This document shows, piece by piece, positions 33,718-43,925 of a stretch of DNA of 49,897 bases; position 1 is the stretch's first letter, and each line of letters begins with the position of its first letter. The notes under the pieces were generated by a model that saw only the letters and a program-made list of their open reading frames with translations, did not search any database and was not told the DNA's origin. The position numbers and the translations under genes were made by a program. The DNA is from Escherichia phage JLBYU19, in the sequence record OK272489.1. One strand, given 5' to 3'.

Positions 33718-36399
33718 ATGGCTGAAAAATACGCTGGCCTAACGCTAGGCGTTGACGTGTCGCAGGTCAACAATGCTGTTAAATCATTGCAGCAATTCAA
33801 GAAGGCAAACGACGACGCAAAAAAAAGCGTTAATGAATTTGTTGATTCTGAGGTTGTGGCCCGACAGCAAGCAAAACAGCTTGCCGAAGAACTGGCGCGC
33901 CAGAAAGCAGAATTTAAGAAAATCCAGGAGTCAATTGATCCCACTGCATCAAAGATGGATAAGCTGCGAAAGGCAGCGACACAGCTTGATGCGCTATGGA
34001 AAAAGGGCGTTGTTCCTGATCAGACTTTTTTTGAGCTTGGGGCAATTCTTGAGACGCAGCAAAACAAGCTGATCGCAACCAAAAAAGCGATGACAGAGGA
34101 AGGCCGCGCGGCGCTTGAGGAATCAAAGAACAAGGCGCGTGCAGCGGAAGAGGCTAAAAAATTCGTCCAGGCTTTGCGTGAGCAGGAAGAAGCAGCAGGA
34201 AAAAGCAAGTCTGAATTGCTGGAAATGAAAGCGGCACAGCTTGGAGTTAGCCAGGAGGCAGCACCTTACATCGCAAGACTGAAAGAGCAGGAAAAGCAGA
34301 TCCAGAAACTTGGGATTTCTACAGGCCAATACAAACAAGCAATGGCGCAATTGCCAATGCAGATCACAGACGTGGTGACTTCACTTGCTTCTGGTATGCC
34401 AGTTTGGTTGGTCGCAGTCCAGCAGGGTGGACAGATCAAGGATTCTTTTGGTGGTGCATCCAATGCTTTAAAAGCGTTGCTATCTTTCCTGAATCCGGCA
34501 AACGTGGCGTTTGGCTTACTTTCAGGCACGCTGGCAATTGCTGCATATAATGCCTACAAAGCACAGACAGAGCTTGAGGCAATTAAAAAAACCGTTCAGG
34601 AAACAACTGGCTTGAGTGGTGAGTTTGCCGAAAAGATTGCTATAGGAATCCAGGAGCTTTCCGACAAGACAGGCGAAAGCGCCGAAGATCTGGCAAAGGC
34701 TTACATAACAACGAAAGACGGCGCGAGCGAGGCGATTAAAAAACTGGTTGACGTTGGCATGACTTATGATGACGCAAAAAAGAAAGTCAACGAGTACAAG
34801 GGCGCGTCTAGCTTTGTCAGCTTGAATAACGAAATTGCAAACCACAAAAACAAAGTCCTTGAGTTGGGCGATTCGTGGTATGAGGTTTTGAAAGCGAAGC
34901 GTGATTACGCTTCCCCGTCCGGCGGCCTGTTAGGTAAGGAGCTTGGCTATGTTAACCCTATGCTTAAGTTTGCACTTAACACTTATGAAGACATTGGAAA
35001 GGTCGTAAAAGATGCGAATAAGGACATGGCGGAACGAGCGGAGCGAATCGACAAAGAAAACCTGGCCTTAAACAGAGTGCGCGCAGCACAGGAGGCTTTA
35101 AACAAAGCCATTGAGGATCAGAAAAATGTGGCGAGTTCGGCTGATGAAGAACTGAAAAAGCGCGCGGCTGAAAACGTGGAGTTTAGGCGCAAAGAGCTTG
35201 AGGAAATCAAGAAGCAGGAGCAGAAAAAGAAAGAGGCTAAAGGGGGAATAGTTCGCGGCCCTACTGAGCAGCTTGATAAAGAGTTGTACGTTTTAAAGGC
35301 GCAACTGGAAACTCTTAAAGAGCATCGCACTGTTAACGATGTTATTTCTCGCCAGCGTAAATCTTTATGGAGCATCGAAAAGCAGATCGAGATCCTGGAG
35401 AATGCGCAGAGCAAGCGTAAATTGACCGGAGCGGAACAGGCGCTACTAAACGAGCAAAAGGCCGTTCTTGAAATGGCAAGACAAAAAGCTGAGCTAGGGG
35501 ATCAGATTGTTTTGCAGGAGCGCAAAAACAAGCTGGAGCAAGATAGTCTTAAGTTTATCCGTGAAACTGAGGCTGCTATTGATGCGATTGGCCTTAAGCA
35601 ACTTGGCTACACTGAAAAGCAGATCGAGCGTGAGCTAGAGTTACGCAAGCTGCGCACCGACTACGAGGCGCAAGGCGGAAGCGTTAGCGACGAAGTTTTT
35701 CAGGAAATGGAGACGAAACTTAAGCTGTATTACCAGGCACAAGACGAGGCGCAAGGCAACTGGTTAGCCGGAGCAAAGAACGCATGGGAGCTATTCGCGG
35801 AAGATGCAAACAATGCCTATGGCAATGTTCAGCAGATCGCAAGCGAGGCGTTAAACGGCCTTACAAACCAATTAGCGAATTTTATCGCTACTGGCAAGGC
35901 AAACTTTAAAGACTTCTCGACGGCTATCATCAAAATGATTATCCAGATGATCACGAAAATGGTCGTCTTTAATGCGTTATCTGGCCTGATGGGTGGTCAA
36001 ACCTGGACGATGGGGAGCTTGCTTAAGAATATTGGCGGATTTGCTGGCGGTGGATACACTGGAGACGGCGGGAAGTATGAGCCAGCCGGAATTGTCCATA
36101 AAGGTGAATTTGTCATGACGAAGGAGGCGACGCAGCGTATCGGGGTAGGAAACTTGTACCGCATGATGCGAGGCTATGCTAACGGCGGCGTTGTTGGTAG
36201 TTCCGGCTATACTGGCGGTGTAGCTGTCACTGGTGGAGCACCTCAATTTAACATTGGGGGGATTGATGTTAGCATCAATAACGGCAGCGATCCGAAGGGC
36301 ATCGAAACTGGTGTTAAGATGATCTTTACTGATATGATTAAACGTTCCTGTATGCAGGGCGGCGAGGTTTACGAATTTGTTATGAGCAAGCGAGGTTGA
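33718..36399 (+). CDS. tape measure protein
   Basis: 893 aa; extensive coiled coil, Gly-rich C-terminal region; GGAGG RBS. Confidence 0.85.
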   Translation: MAEKYAGLTLGVDVSQVNNAVKSLQQFKKANDDAKKSVNEFVDSEVVARQQAKQLAEELARQKAEFKKIQESIDPTASKMDKLRKAATQLDALWKKGVVPDQTFFELGAILETQQNKLIATKKAMTEEGRAALEESKNKARAAEEAKKFVQALREQEEAAGKSKSELLEMKAAQLGVSQEAAPYIARLKEQEKQIQKLGISTGQYKQAMAQLPMQITDVVTSLASGMPVWLVAVQQGGQIKDSFGGASNALKALLSFLNPANVAFGLLSGTLAIAAYNAYKAQTELEAIKKTVQETTGLSGEFAEKIAIGIQELSDKTGESAEDLAKAYITTKDGASEAIKKLVDVGMTYDDAKKKVNEYKGASSFVSLNNEIANHKNKVLELGDSWYEVLKAKRDYASPSGGLLGKELGYVNPMLKFALNTYEDIGKVVKDANKDMAERAERIDKENLALNRVRAAQEALNKAIEDQKNVASSADEELKKRAAENVEFRRKELEEIKKQEQKKKEAKGGIVRGPTEQLDKELYVLKAQLETLKEHRTVNDVISRQRKSLWSIEKQIEILENAQSKRKLTGAEQALLNEQKAVLEMARQKAELGDQIVLQERKNKLEQDSLKFIRETEAAIDAIGLKQLGYTEKQIERELELRKLRTDYEAQGGSVSDEVFQEMETKLKLYYQAQDEAQGNWLAGAKNAWELFAEDANNAYGNVQQIASEALNGLTNQLANFIATGKANFKDFSTAIIKMIIQMITKMVVFNALSGLMGGQTWTMGSLLKNIGGFAGGGYTGDGGKYEPAGIVHKGEFVMTKEATQRIGVGNLYRMMRGYANGGVVGSSGYTGGVAVTGGAPQFNIGGIDVSINNGSDPKGIETGVKMIFTDMIKRSCMQGGEVYEFVMSKRG

Positions 36400-36752
36400 T
36401 AATGAAACTGGATCAGTTTAAGTGGTGTACGCAGGTTCAGAATGGTGGCGGGGCCATGACGTCATCGAATAACGATCGAGAGATTGCATTCGGTAACGGA
36501 TACACACAGGTAGCATCTGGAGGTTTTAACACAATCCGGCGAGAGTTCAGCATTGTTTACGCTGGGCTTGATTACAGAGATGTTGTCAAGTTCCTGAATG
36601 AGCACAGGCTAAAACCTTTCTTGTGGATCATGCCAGATGGAAGCCCTGGATTGTTTAGGGTGAAAAGCGGTAGCGTCGGCCTTACTCCATTGTCGCCAAC
36701 CGTTCAGGAAGTAAAAGCCACTTTTACGGAGCAATTTACATCAATGCAGTAA
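36396..36752 (+). CDS. minor tail protein (lambda gpM-like)
   Basis: 118 aa directly after tape measure gene; followed by terminator. Confidence 0.65.
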   Translation: MIMKLDQFKWCTQVQNGGGAMTSSNNDREIAFGNGYTQVASGGFNTIRREFSIVYAGLDYRDVVKFLNEHRLKPFLWIMPDGSPGLFRVKSGSVGLTPLSPTVQEVKATFTEQFTSMQ

Positions 36753-36756
36753 TTTA

Positions 36757-36781
36757 AAGCCGCCTTTGTGCGGCTTTTTTC
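36757..36781 (+). terminator. intrinsic terminator after gpM-like gene
   Basis: AGCCGC-ctttgt-GCGGCT hairpin + T6. Confidence 0.6.
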
Positions 36782-36814
36782 TTGATGTTACAATGAGCAA
36801 AAAGGAGGTAGAAA

Positions 36815-37576
36815 ATGGCTAATAAAGAATCAGGTAGAGTTGAATTTGAGAACTGCCTACAAAGTTTGTACCCAGGCGAAATTATAACGCTTGTAGAGAT
36901 TGACGGGACGAAGTTCGGAGCAAATATTTACCGATTTCACAATGAGAACATCTCTTATACTGCCGAAGAATTAATGCAAGCGCAGCAAACCGGAATATTG
37001 CCGCCGAAAGATATTATTTTTCAGGGTGAGGTTTACGGAGCGCGGCCTTTCGGTGTGAGCGGTATTAACTTCACAAGTAACGGCAGGGCAGATAAGCCTC
37101 AGCTTATAGTGTCAAACCTTGACAGCAGGGTGAGCGCCATGATCAGAAATTACAATGGCATGATGCAAGCAAAGGTGACTTTCTGGATAACGGCAAAGGA
37201 ATTTATCGGAGAAGGCGGAGCAATCAAAGATGGCGCTTACAGAAAATTGGTTTATTACATTGAGCGCCCAAGCCAGTACAATAGAGAGATAGCGAAATTT
37301 GATCTAACATCTCCTTACGATATGGATGGACTGATGATCCCGCCGCGCATCACTCAAAGCGTTTGCTATTGGGCGCAAAGGGGATGGTACAGGAGCGGAA
37401 AGGGTTGCTCTTATAACGGATCGGCAATGTTCGATAAAGACAATAAGCCAGTAACAGATCCATCACAAGACTATTGCGCCGGAACTGTAACGGCTTGCAA
37501 ATTGAGATTCGGTCAGCAAAACGAGTTGGATTTCGGCGGTTGCGCGGTGGCGTCACTGCTACGGAGGAATCAATAA
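36815..37576 (+). CDS. minor tail protein (lambda gpL-like)
   Basis: 253 aa; C-terminal Cys cluster; AAGGAGG RBS. Confidence 0.65.
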   Translation: MANKESGRVEFENCLQSLYPGEIITLVEIDGTKFGANIYRFHNENISYTAEELMQAQQTGILPPKDIIFQGEVYGARPFGVSGINFTSNGRADKPQLIVSNLDSRVSAMIRNYNGMMQAKVTFWITAKEFIGEGGAIKDGAYRKLVYYIERPSQYNREIAKFDLTSPYDMDGLMIPPRITQSVCYWAQRGWYRSGKGCSYNGSAMFDKDNKPVTDPSQDYCAGTVTACKLRFGQQNELDFGGCAVASLLRRNQ

Positions 37577-38307
37577 TGATTAGTGCAAAAATTAAACTTG
37601 AAATAATGCAGCACGTTAAAGAGGAATACCCTAAAGAGGCTTGCGGCGTCATAACTCAAAAGTCACGGGTACAGAAATATCACCGCATAACCAACGTGCA
37701 TGACGATCCAGAAAATCATTTTGAAATGGACGCCGTAGAATACGCTGAATCGCTCGACAAAGGCGAATTAATCGCGGTGGTGCATTCCCATTGCGGGGAT
37801 GGTGCTAGTACGATACCGAGCGCGCACGACTCATGTATGTGCGATGAAATGGGTGTGTCGTGGATTATAGTTTCATGGCCCGAAGGTGATATGAGAATTG
37901 TCGAGCCGCAGGAGAGGCCGCTTATCGGTCGCCCGTGGTCGCTGGGGTCGTTCGATTGCTGGGGTCTTATCATGGCATGGCATAAACAGCACGGAGTAGT
38001 ATTGAATGACTTCCGAAAACCTTACGAGTGGTGGAAGTCAGAATATGGTGAAAATCTTTACCAGGATAATTATTTGAAAGAGGGATTTATTGAAACTAAC
38101 GAGCCTCCAAAACCTGGTGATATGGTGATTATGCAGCTATCATCGCCAGTCTGGAATCATGCGGGGATTTATTTGGGTAACAATCAGCTATTACATCATG
38201 CGTTTGGAAAGCTATCTCGCATTGACTTGTATTCTGGATGGTATCAGGAGCACACTGTAAAAATTTGCCGACATAAGGATCTGAAATATGACATTGAAAG
38301 TAATTAA
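37576..38307 (+). CDS. tail assembly protein (lambda gpK-like; JAB/MPN + NlpC/P60-like)
   Basis: 243 aa from ATG 37576; JAMM-like VVHSHCGDGASTIPSAHD and DCWGLI Cys motif. Confidence 0.7.
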   Translation: MISAKIKLEIMQHVKEEYPKEACGVITQKSRVQKYHRITNVHDDPENHFEMDAVEYAESLDKGELIAVVHSHCGDGASTIPSAHDSCMCDEMGVSWIIVSWPEGDMRIVEPQERPLIGRPWSLGSFDCWGLIMAWHKQHGVVLNDFRKPYEWWKSEYGENLYQDNYLKEGFIETNEPPKPGDMVIMQLSSPVWNHAGIYLGNNQLLHHAFGKLSRIDLYSGWYQEHTVKICRHKDLKYDIESN

Positions 38308-38884
38308 ACTATCTGGTTCCCTGGGGCGTAGATTTGGCGTCTTTCACAAAATGGCGGTTGACTCATACCCCGAAGCAATACGAGCGTTATCTTCCCAGGT
38401 TGATGGGTTCAAAGACTACATGCAAAGCGAAGTAGGATCGCGAATGAAGTATGCTGTATTTGTTGATGGAAAAAACGTTAGTCAGCATGATGAAAAATCA
38501 TGGAAGTGCGCGCGAGAGGTTCGAATAGTTCCCGTTCCAACTGGTTCTAAGTCCGGCGGCCTGTTCAATGTTGTTTTTGGTGCTGTAATTATGGCTACTG
38601 CGTTCATTACTGGCGGTGCAAGCCTGGCGGCTATGGGCGCTTTTGCATCTTCCGCATTTATGATGGGTGGTGCTATCGCGCTTGGCGGTGTCATGCAAAT
38701 GATCTCGCCGCAGCAGGGCGGAATGAAACTGCAAAGCCAATCAGCAGAAAACAAGCCTTCTTACGCTTTCGGCGGTGCTGTAAATACCACGGCGGCAGGT
38801 TATCCGGTTCCTTTGCCATATGGATATAGGACAGTAGGCGGCGCAATCTGGTCGGCTGGCAGCTACGCAGAAGATAAAGCATAA
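38288..38884 (+). CDS. tail assembly protein (lambda gpI-like)
   Basis: 198 aa; hydrophobic Gly/Ala-rich central segment; followed by terminator. Confidence 0.6.
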   Translation: MTLKVIKLSGSLGRRFGVFHKMAVDSYPEAIRALSSQVDGFKDYMQSEVGSRMKYAVFVDGKNVSQHDEKSWKCAREVRIVPVPTGSKSGGLFNVVFGAVIMATAFITGGASLAAMGAFASSAFMMGGAIALGGVMQMISPQQGGMKLQSQSAENKPSYAFGGAVNTTAAGYPVPLPYGYRTVGGAIWSAGSYAEDKA

Positions 38885-38890
38885 AAAAAT

Positions 38891-38914
38891 ACCCGCCTTG
38901 CGCGGGTTTTTTTG
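38891..38914 (+). terminator. intrinsic terminator after gpI-like gene
   Basis: ACCCGC-cttg-CGCGGGT hairpin + T7. Confidence 0.6.
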
Positions 38915-38962
38915 TGCATTTATAATGTGCAAACCAAGAAACAGCACAAAAGGTTAAAAGTC

Positions 38963-41900
38963 ATGGCTAAATATATGATAAGCGGCAGCAAGGGCGGAAG
39001 CAAAAAGCCATACGTGCCAAAAGAGATGGAAGATAACCTTATCTCGATAAACAAGATTAAAGTTTTGCTGGCTGTATCTGATGGCGAGTGCGATCCAGAT
39101 TTCACGTTGCGCGATCTTTATCTTGATGATGTTCCGGTTATTGCCAGCGATGGCACTGTTAACTACGAGGGAGTTACGGCTGAATATCGACCAGGTACGC
39201 AGACGCAAGATTACATCCAGGGTTTTACTGACACATCAAGTGAGGTGACAGTTGCAAGAGATATTACCGGAGACAATCCTTATATTATTTCTGTTACAAA
39301 TAAAAATCTATCTGCGGTAAGAATAAAGATCCTGATGCCAGTAGGCATTAAAACAGAGGATAACGGCGATCTTGTTGGCGTAAGGGTTGAGTATGCCGTA
39401 GATATGGCTGTTGATGGCGGTTCTTATAGCGAGGTTATGAGAGATGTAATTGACGGCAAGACAAGATCAGGATACGACCGCAGCAGAAGGATTGATCTTC
39501 CTAAGTTTGATGAGCGCGTTTTAATCCGAGTAAAGCGACTGACTCCAGACAGCACATCTTCAAAGGTGACTGATAAAATCAAGCTGCAAAGTTACGCTGA
39601 GGTTATTGATGCAAAATTCCGCTATCCTCTGACTGGACTTGTATTCGTAGAATTTGACAGCGAATTGTTTCCTACGCAAATCCCTAACATTTCTATAAAA
39701 AAGAAATGGAAGATTATTAATGTGCCAAGCAACTATGATCCAATATCAAGAGAATATCACGGGTCATGGGATGGGACTTTTAAAAAAGCGTGGTCAAATA
39801 ATCCTGCTTGGGTTCTTTATGATCTGGTGACAAATCAGCGTTATGGACTTGATCAGCGAGAGTTAGGAATACAGATCGACAAGTGGAGCTTATACGAGGC
39901 GGGCGTTTACTGCGATCAGAAAGTTCCAGACGGTAAAGGCGGCACTGAGCCTCGCTACCTATGCGATGTGGTGATTCAGAATCAAGTTGAGGCTTATCAG
40001 CTAATCCGTGACATTTGCTCAATCTTTCGCGGAATGAGTTTTTGGAATGGTGAGAGCTTATCAATCGTGATTGATAAGCCGCGCGATCCATCATACGTGT
40101 TTACTAATGAAAACGTCATCAACGGTGATTTTCAGTACACAAACGCAAGCGAAAAAAGCATGTACACGCAGTGTAACGTGACGTTTGACGACGAACAAAA
40201 CATGTATCAGCAGGACGTAGAGGGGGTTTTTGATACTGAGGCGGCATTACGATTTGGATACAACCCAACAAGCATTACAGCGATCGGGTGTACGCGCAGG
40301 AGCGAAGCGAATCGTCGCGGTCGTTGGGTTTTGAAAACAAACCTTAGAAGCACTACTGTAAACTTTGCTACCGGACTAGAGGGGATGATTCCATCAATAG
40401 GTGATGTTATTGCTATCGCTGATAATTTTCAGAGTAGCAACCTAACGTTAAACCTATCGGGCCGAGTAATGGAAGTTTCAGGGCTGCAGGTTTTCGTTCC
40501 GTTTAAGGTTGATGCTCGCCCTGGTGATTTTATTATCATCAACAAGCCGGACGGCAAGCCAGTTAAGCGCACGATCTCAAAGGTTAGCGCAGACGGAAAA
40601 ACCATTGAGTTAAATATTGGATTTGGTTTTGATGTTAAGCCTGATACTGTTTTTGCGATTGACCGTACTGATCTTGCGTTGCAGCAATACGTTGTGACAA
40701 CCATCAGCAAGGGTGATGACGAAGACGAGTTTACCTATTCAATCACGGCTGTAGAGTACGATCCGAACAAATACGACGAGATTGATTATGGAGTAAACAT
40801 TGATGACAGACCGACTTCAATTGTTCAGCCTGACGTGATGGCAGCGCCTGAGAACGTTAAGATCTCATCTTATTCTCGCGTCGTGCAGGGTGTTAGCGTT
40901 GAGACTATGGTTGTTTCATGGGATAAGGTTCCTTACGCATCGCTTTATGAAATGCAGTGGCGAAAAGGTGATGGTAACTGGCTGAATACGCCGCAGACCG
41001 CTAACAAAGAGATAGAGGTAGAAGGGATTTACTCTGGCAACTACCAAGTAAGGGTGAGATCCGTTTCTGCAAGCGGTAACGCTTCCCCGTGGTCAAAGAT
41101 TGCAACCGCCACTCTGACAGGTAAAGTTGGAGAGCCAGGAGCGCCGATTAATCTTACGGCTTCTGATAATGAAGTTTTTGGCATTCGTGTCAAATGGGGT
41201 ATGCCGGAAGGATCAGGCGATACGGCTTACATTGAGCTTCACCAATCGCCAGACGGAACGGTTGAAAACTCAAGTCTGCTTACGCTGATTCCATATCCTC
41301 AATATGAGTATTGGCATAGCACGTTACCAGCGGGGCAAGTTGTATGGTATAGAATCCGCAGCGTTGACAGAATAGGCAACGTTTCAAGCTGGACTGACTT
41401 TGTTCGCGGCATGGCGTCAGATGACGTTGAATCTGTTTTGGGCGACATTCTGGACAAGATTTTTGATACAGAAGCTGGTCAAGAAATCAAAGAGAACGCC
41501 ATAGACAGTGCCAATAAAATCAAAGACCAGGCGCAATCAATCATACAGAACGCGTTGGCAAATGATGCAGATGTGAAGTGGACGCGAGTGCAAAACGGAA
41601 AGCGCAAGGCTGAATATGGTCATGCTCTTGAGCTTATCGCCAATGAAACAGAAGCGCGCGTAACTCAAATCGAAGAATTAAGGGCATCAATTGATGGCGA
41701 GATAACATCAAGCATCAAGACAGTGCAGGAGGCAATTGCCACTGAATCAGAGACGCGAGCGACTCAAATTCAGCAGCTTGATTCTAAATTCACAAAAGAA
41801 ATCGACGGCGTGCGCAAGGATACTTCTGCAAGCATTAGCGATGTAAGGCAGACAATCACTAACGAGTCAGAAGCGCGCGCTCAGGCCGTTCAGCAGCTTG

Positions 41901-42541
41901 ACGCTAAGTTCACGAAAGAGATAAACGACCTTGACGGAGTTATCAAAACAGAAGTCGAGGCTAACATCTCAGAAGTGAAACAGGCGATCGCCAATGAGAC
42001 AGAGGCAAGGGTTCAGGCTGACCAGGCATTAACAGCACGATTTGGCGACGTTGAATCTGCATTGGTTGAAAAGTTGGATTCTTGGGCGAGCGTTGATTCA
42101 GTTGGGGCTAAATACGCTATGAAACTTGGCCTTACTTACAAAGGCCAGCAATACAGCGCAGGAATGGTGATGCAGCTTTCGCAGGGTTCATCCGGCCTTA
42201 TCTCGCAAATTTTGTTTGATGCTAACAGGTTCGCCATTATGACTAGCTCTACTGGAGGGACTTTTACTTTGCCTTTCGTGGTTGAGAATAATCAGGTTTT
42301 CATTAATAGTCTTTTGGTGAAGAACGGTTCAATCACTAATGCGATGATTGGTAATGTGATTCAGTCAAACAACTTTGTTCAAAACCAGCAAGGATGGAGG
42401 CTTGATAAAAACGGAATCTTTGAGAATTACGGATCAACGCCAGGAGAAGGAGCTACTAAATTCACCAATGAGGGATTGAAGGTAAAAGATGCAAACGGAG
42501 TATTGAGGGTTGAAGTCGGAAGGATTACCGGAAGCTGGTAA
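38963..42541 (+). CDS. central tail fiber / host-specificity protein (lambda gpJ-like)
   Basis: 1192 aa from ATG 38963; largest ORF of tail module, after gpI-like gene. Confidence 0.8.
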   Translation: MAKYMISGSKGGSKKPYVPKEMEDNLISINKIKVLLAVSDGECDPDFTLRDLYLDDVPVIASDGTVNYEGVTAEYRPGTQTQDYIQGFTDTSSEVTVARDITGDNPYIISVTNKNLSAVRIKILMPVGIKTEDNGDLVGVRVEYAVDMAVDGGSYSEVMRDVIDGKTRSGYDRSRRIDLPKFDERVLIRVKRLTPDSTSSKVTDKIKLQSYAEVIDAKFRYPLTGLVFVEFDSELFPTQIPNISIKKKWKIINVPSNYDPISREYHGSWDGTFKKAWSNNPAWVLYDLVTNQRYGLDQRELGIQIDKWSLYEAGVYCDQKVPDGKGGTEPRYLCDVVIQNQVEAYQLIRDICSIFRGMSFWNGESLSIVIDKPRDPSYVFTNENVINGDFQYTNASEKSMYTQCNVTFDDEQNMYQQDVEGVFDTEAALRFGYNPTSITAIGCTRRSEANRRGRWVLKTNLRSTTVNFATGLEGMIPSIGDVIAIADNFQSSNLTLNLSGRVMEVSGLQVFVPFKVDARPGDFIIINKPDGKPVKRTISKVSADGKTIELNIGFGFDVKPDTVFAIDRTDLALQQYVVTTISKGDDEDEFTYSITAVEYDPNKYDEIDYGVNIDDRPTSIVQPDVMAAPENVKISSYSRVVQGVSVETMVVSWDKVPYASLYEMQWRKGDGNWLNTPQTANKEIEVEGIYSGNYQVRVRSVSASGNASPWSKIATATLTGKVGEPGAPINLTASDNEVFGIRVKWGMPEGSGDTAYIELHQSPDGTVENSSLLTLIPYPQYEYWHSTLPAGQVVWYRIRSVDRIGNVSSWTDFVRGMASDDVESVLGDILDKIFDTEAGQEIKENAIDSANKIKDQAQSIIQNALANDADVKWTRVQNGKRKAEYGHALELIANETEARVTQIEELRASIDGEITSSIKTVQEAIATESETRATQIQQLDSKFTKEIDGVRKDTSASISDVRQTITNESEARAQAVQQLDAKFTKEINDLDGVIKTEVEANISEVKQAIANETEARVQADQALTARFGDVESALVEKLDSWASVDSVGAKYAMKLGLTYKGQQYSAGMVMQLSQGSSGLISQILFDANRFAIMTSSTGGTFTLPFVVENNQVFINSLLVKNGSITNAMIGNVIQSNNFVQNQQGWRLDKNGIFENYGSTPGEGATKFTNEGLKVKDANGVLRVEVGRITGSW

Positions 42542-42545
42542 AAAA

Positions 42546-42569
42546 GGGGGCATAGCCCCCTTTAATTTT
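42546..42569. terminator. bidirectional terminator between gpJ-like gene and leftward accessory operon
   Basis: GGGGGC-atag-CCCCC hairpin with flanking A- and T-tracts. Confidence 0.6.
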
Positions 42570-43182
42570 AATCATAGTGTGATGCATTTATAACCAAAAC
42601 AGATGAAGCGGTGTAAATACCAACAGGTCCAGGAGTTTGTGCAACCTGCCTAGAAAAAGAGTAGATCCCGTTACCATACGCGGCAGCTTGAGACTCAAAA
42701 ATCATGAATCCACCTAAAGCCGGATTAGGAACAGAGTTTAATGCTGTCAGTGATGGCATTATGGCGCAAGGATAGCCCATGTTAACATCAAATGCGATCC
42801 CGCTTACGCCTACTTGCTTTGCATCTAGCGGCCTCATTTTTCCATGATAAACCATTTCACCATGAGCATTATAAAACGCTATGCCGTGACTACCTGGGGG
42901 AGTCACCATATTACTAAAAGCATAAACAATAACCTCACCCTGATTATCAGATCTATCAAGTCTTATTGCGTGCCTTCCACCATTGTTAAATTGCGTGAAT
43001 GATATGTATGATTTAGCGGTCAATCTAACAAAGAAAAAACATACCCTATCAACAGGAATTGACGAAGTAAAAACGGTTCCGGTATTAGCAGATATTACGG
43101 CCCGATCAATTAGATTAACTGGAGTGAAATCTGGACTTAACCATAACGATCCGTCTGATTTTTTTATACTCATCCCGTACAT
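42568..43182 (-). CDS. hypothetical protein (leftward accessory operon)
   Basis: 204 aa from ATG 43182 (GGGGTGA RBS), 2 nt after upstream stop. Confidence 0.45.
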   Translation of the reverse strand: MYGMSIKKSDGSLWLSPDFTPVNLIDRAVISANTGTVFTSSIPVDRVCFFFVRLTAKSYISFTQFNNGGRHAIRLDRSDNQGEVIVYAFSNMVTPPGSHGIAFYNAHGEMVYHGKMRPLDAKQVGVSGIAFDVNMGYPCAIMPSLTALNSVPNPALGGFMIFESQAAAYGNGIYSFSRQVAQTPGPVGIYTASSVLVINASHYD

Positions 43183-43184
43183 TA

Positions 43185-43463
43185 TCACCCCCAAAAAGTA
43201 TATATATATCTTGAATCAGATCCAGAAAGCCCACTCCATGTAACGGTGTCGCCACTTACCCCTAAGTTTGGTGCGCCAGGGTCGCCACCACGCCAGGAAT
43301 TCATGCCAACATATATTGCTTTCAATGATTTACCTGGCGGCCTGTTTTGGTAAGTCTTGCTACCTGATGGCTGAGTGAATTTATCAAGGAAGAAAACAGG
43401 CGTTAAAAGCCCTGTAACTTCCCTTCCTCGATCGTCATATATTGCATAACCATATTGCGCCAT
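43185..43463 (-). CDS. hypothetical protein (leftward accessory operon)
   Basis: 92 aa ORF. Confidence 0.4.
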   Translation of the reverse strand: MAQYGYAIYDDRGREVTGLLTPVFFLDKFTQPSGSKTYQNRPPGKSLKAIYVGMNSWRGGDPGAPNLGVSGDTVTWSGLSGSDSRYIYTFWG

Positions 43464-43732
43464 TAATTACACCTCAAATCAATAAATTTACTTTCATTTT
43501 GCCAACGGTTGATAAATTTAACTTCTTTATTGTCAACGCTCAACCTGTATTGCTTTTGGCTGAATCTGTTTTCTCGGACTGCATTAATTTTGACTTCATG
43601 TAATCCGTTAACAGGGAATGTTTTAACGTTAAATTTTGCCGTGCAATCGATCTCCTTGAAGTTGCCAGTAGGCGACGCTGCGCATCCTGTCAGAGCGGCT
43701 ACAGTGGCGATAACTGCGATTAACTTTTTCAT
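43463..43732 (-). CDS. putative outer-membrane lipoprotein (Cor/Llp-like superinfection-exclusion candidate)
   Basis: 89 aa from ATG 43732 (AAGGAG RBS); signal peptide plus lipobox LTGC; first gene after junction element 43789. Confidence 0.5.
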   Translation of the reverse strand: MKKLIAVIATVAALTGCAASPTGNFKEIDCTAKFNVKTFPVNGLHEVKINAVRENRFSQKQYRLSVDNKEVKFINRWQNESKFIDLRCN

Positions 43733-43788
43733 CTTCAATACTCCTTAGTTGTTGTTGGATGCAACTATACACGATCTTGGGCATCGCG

Positions 43789-43807
43789 TTTAGCAAAAAG
43801 TGCTATT
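43789..43807 (-). promoter_or_regulatory. conserved junction element (AATAGCACTTTTTGCTAAA on minus strand)
   Basis: TATAGT 21-22 nt downstream on minus strand; precedes Cor-like lipoprotein operon. Confidence 0.55.
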
Positions 43808-43925
43808 TGTTATTTTTTGTTTTCCGGTGTTATCGAATTTAAGACGGCGTAAATTTAGCGCAAAATTTAGACAACATAAGATCAATAAACAATCAATAAA
43901 ATAGATATATACATATAAAATCAAT

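Noticed and set aside
33752-35414. Multiple 60-107 aa ORFs in alternative frames or antisense within the tape measure gene (e.g. 33752..34072, 34123..34350, 34522..34845, 35118..35414)
   Set aside because: Nested entirely inside a long, well-supported coiled-coil ORF; no RBS; low-complexity translations typical of out-of-frame reading of repetitive coding sequence.
42568-43463. ORFs 43185..43463 and 42568..43194 as one frameshifted gene
   Set aside because: An ATG at 43182 with a GGGGTGA RBS lies 2 nt after the upstream stop, consistent with two coupled genes.
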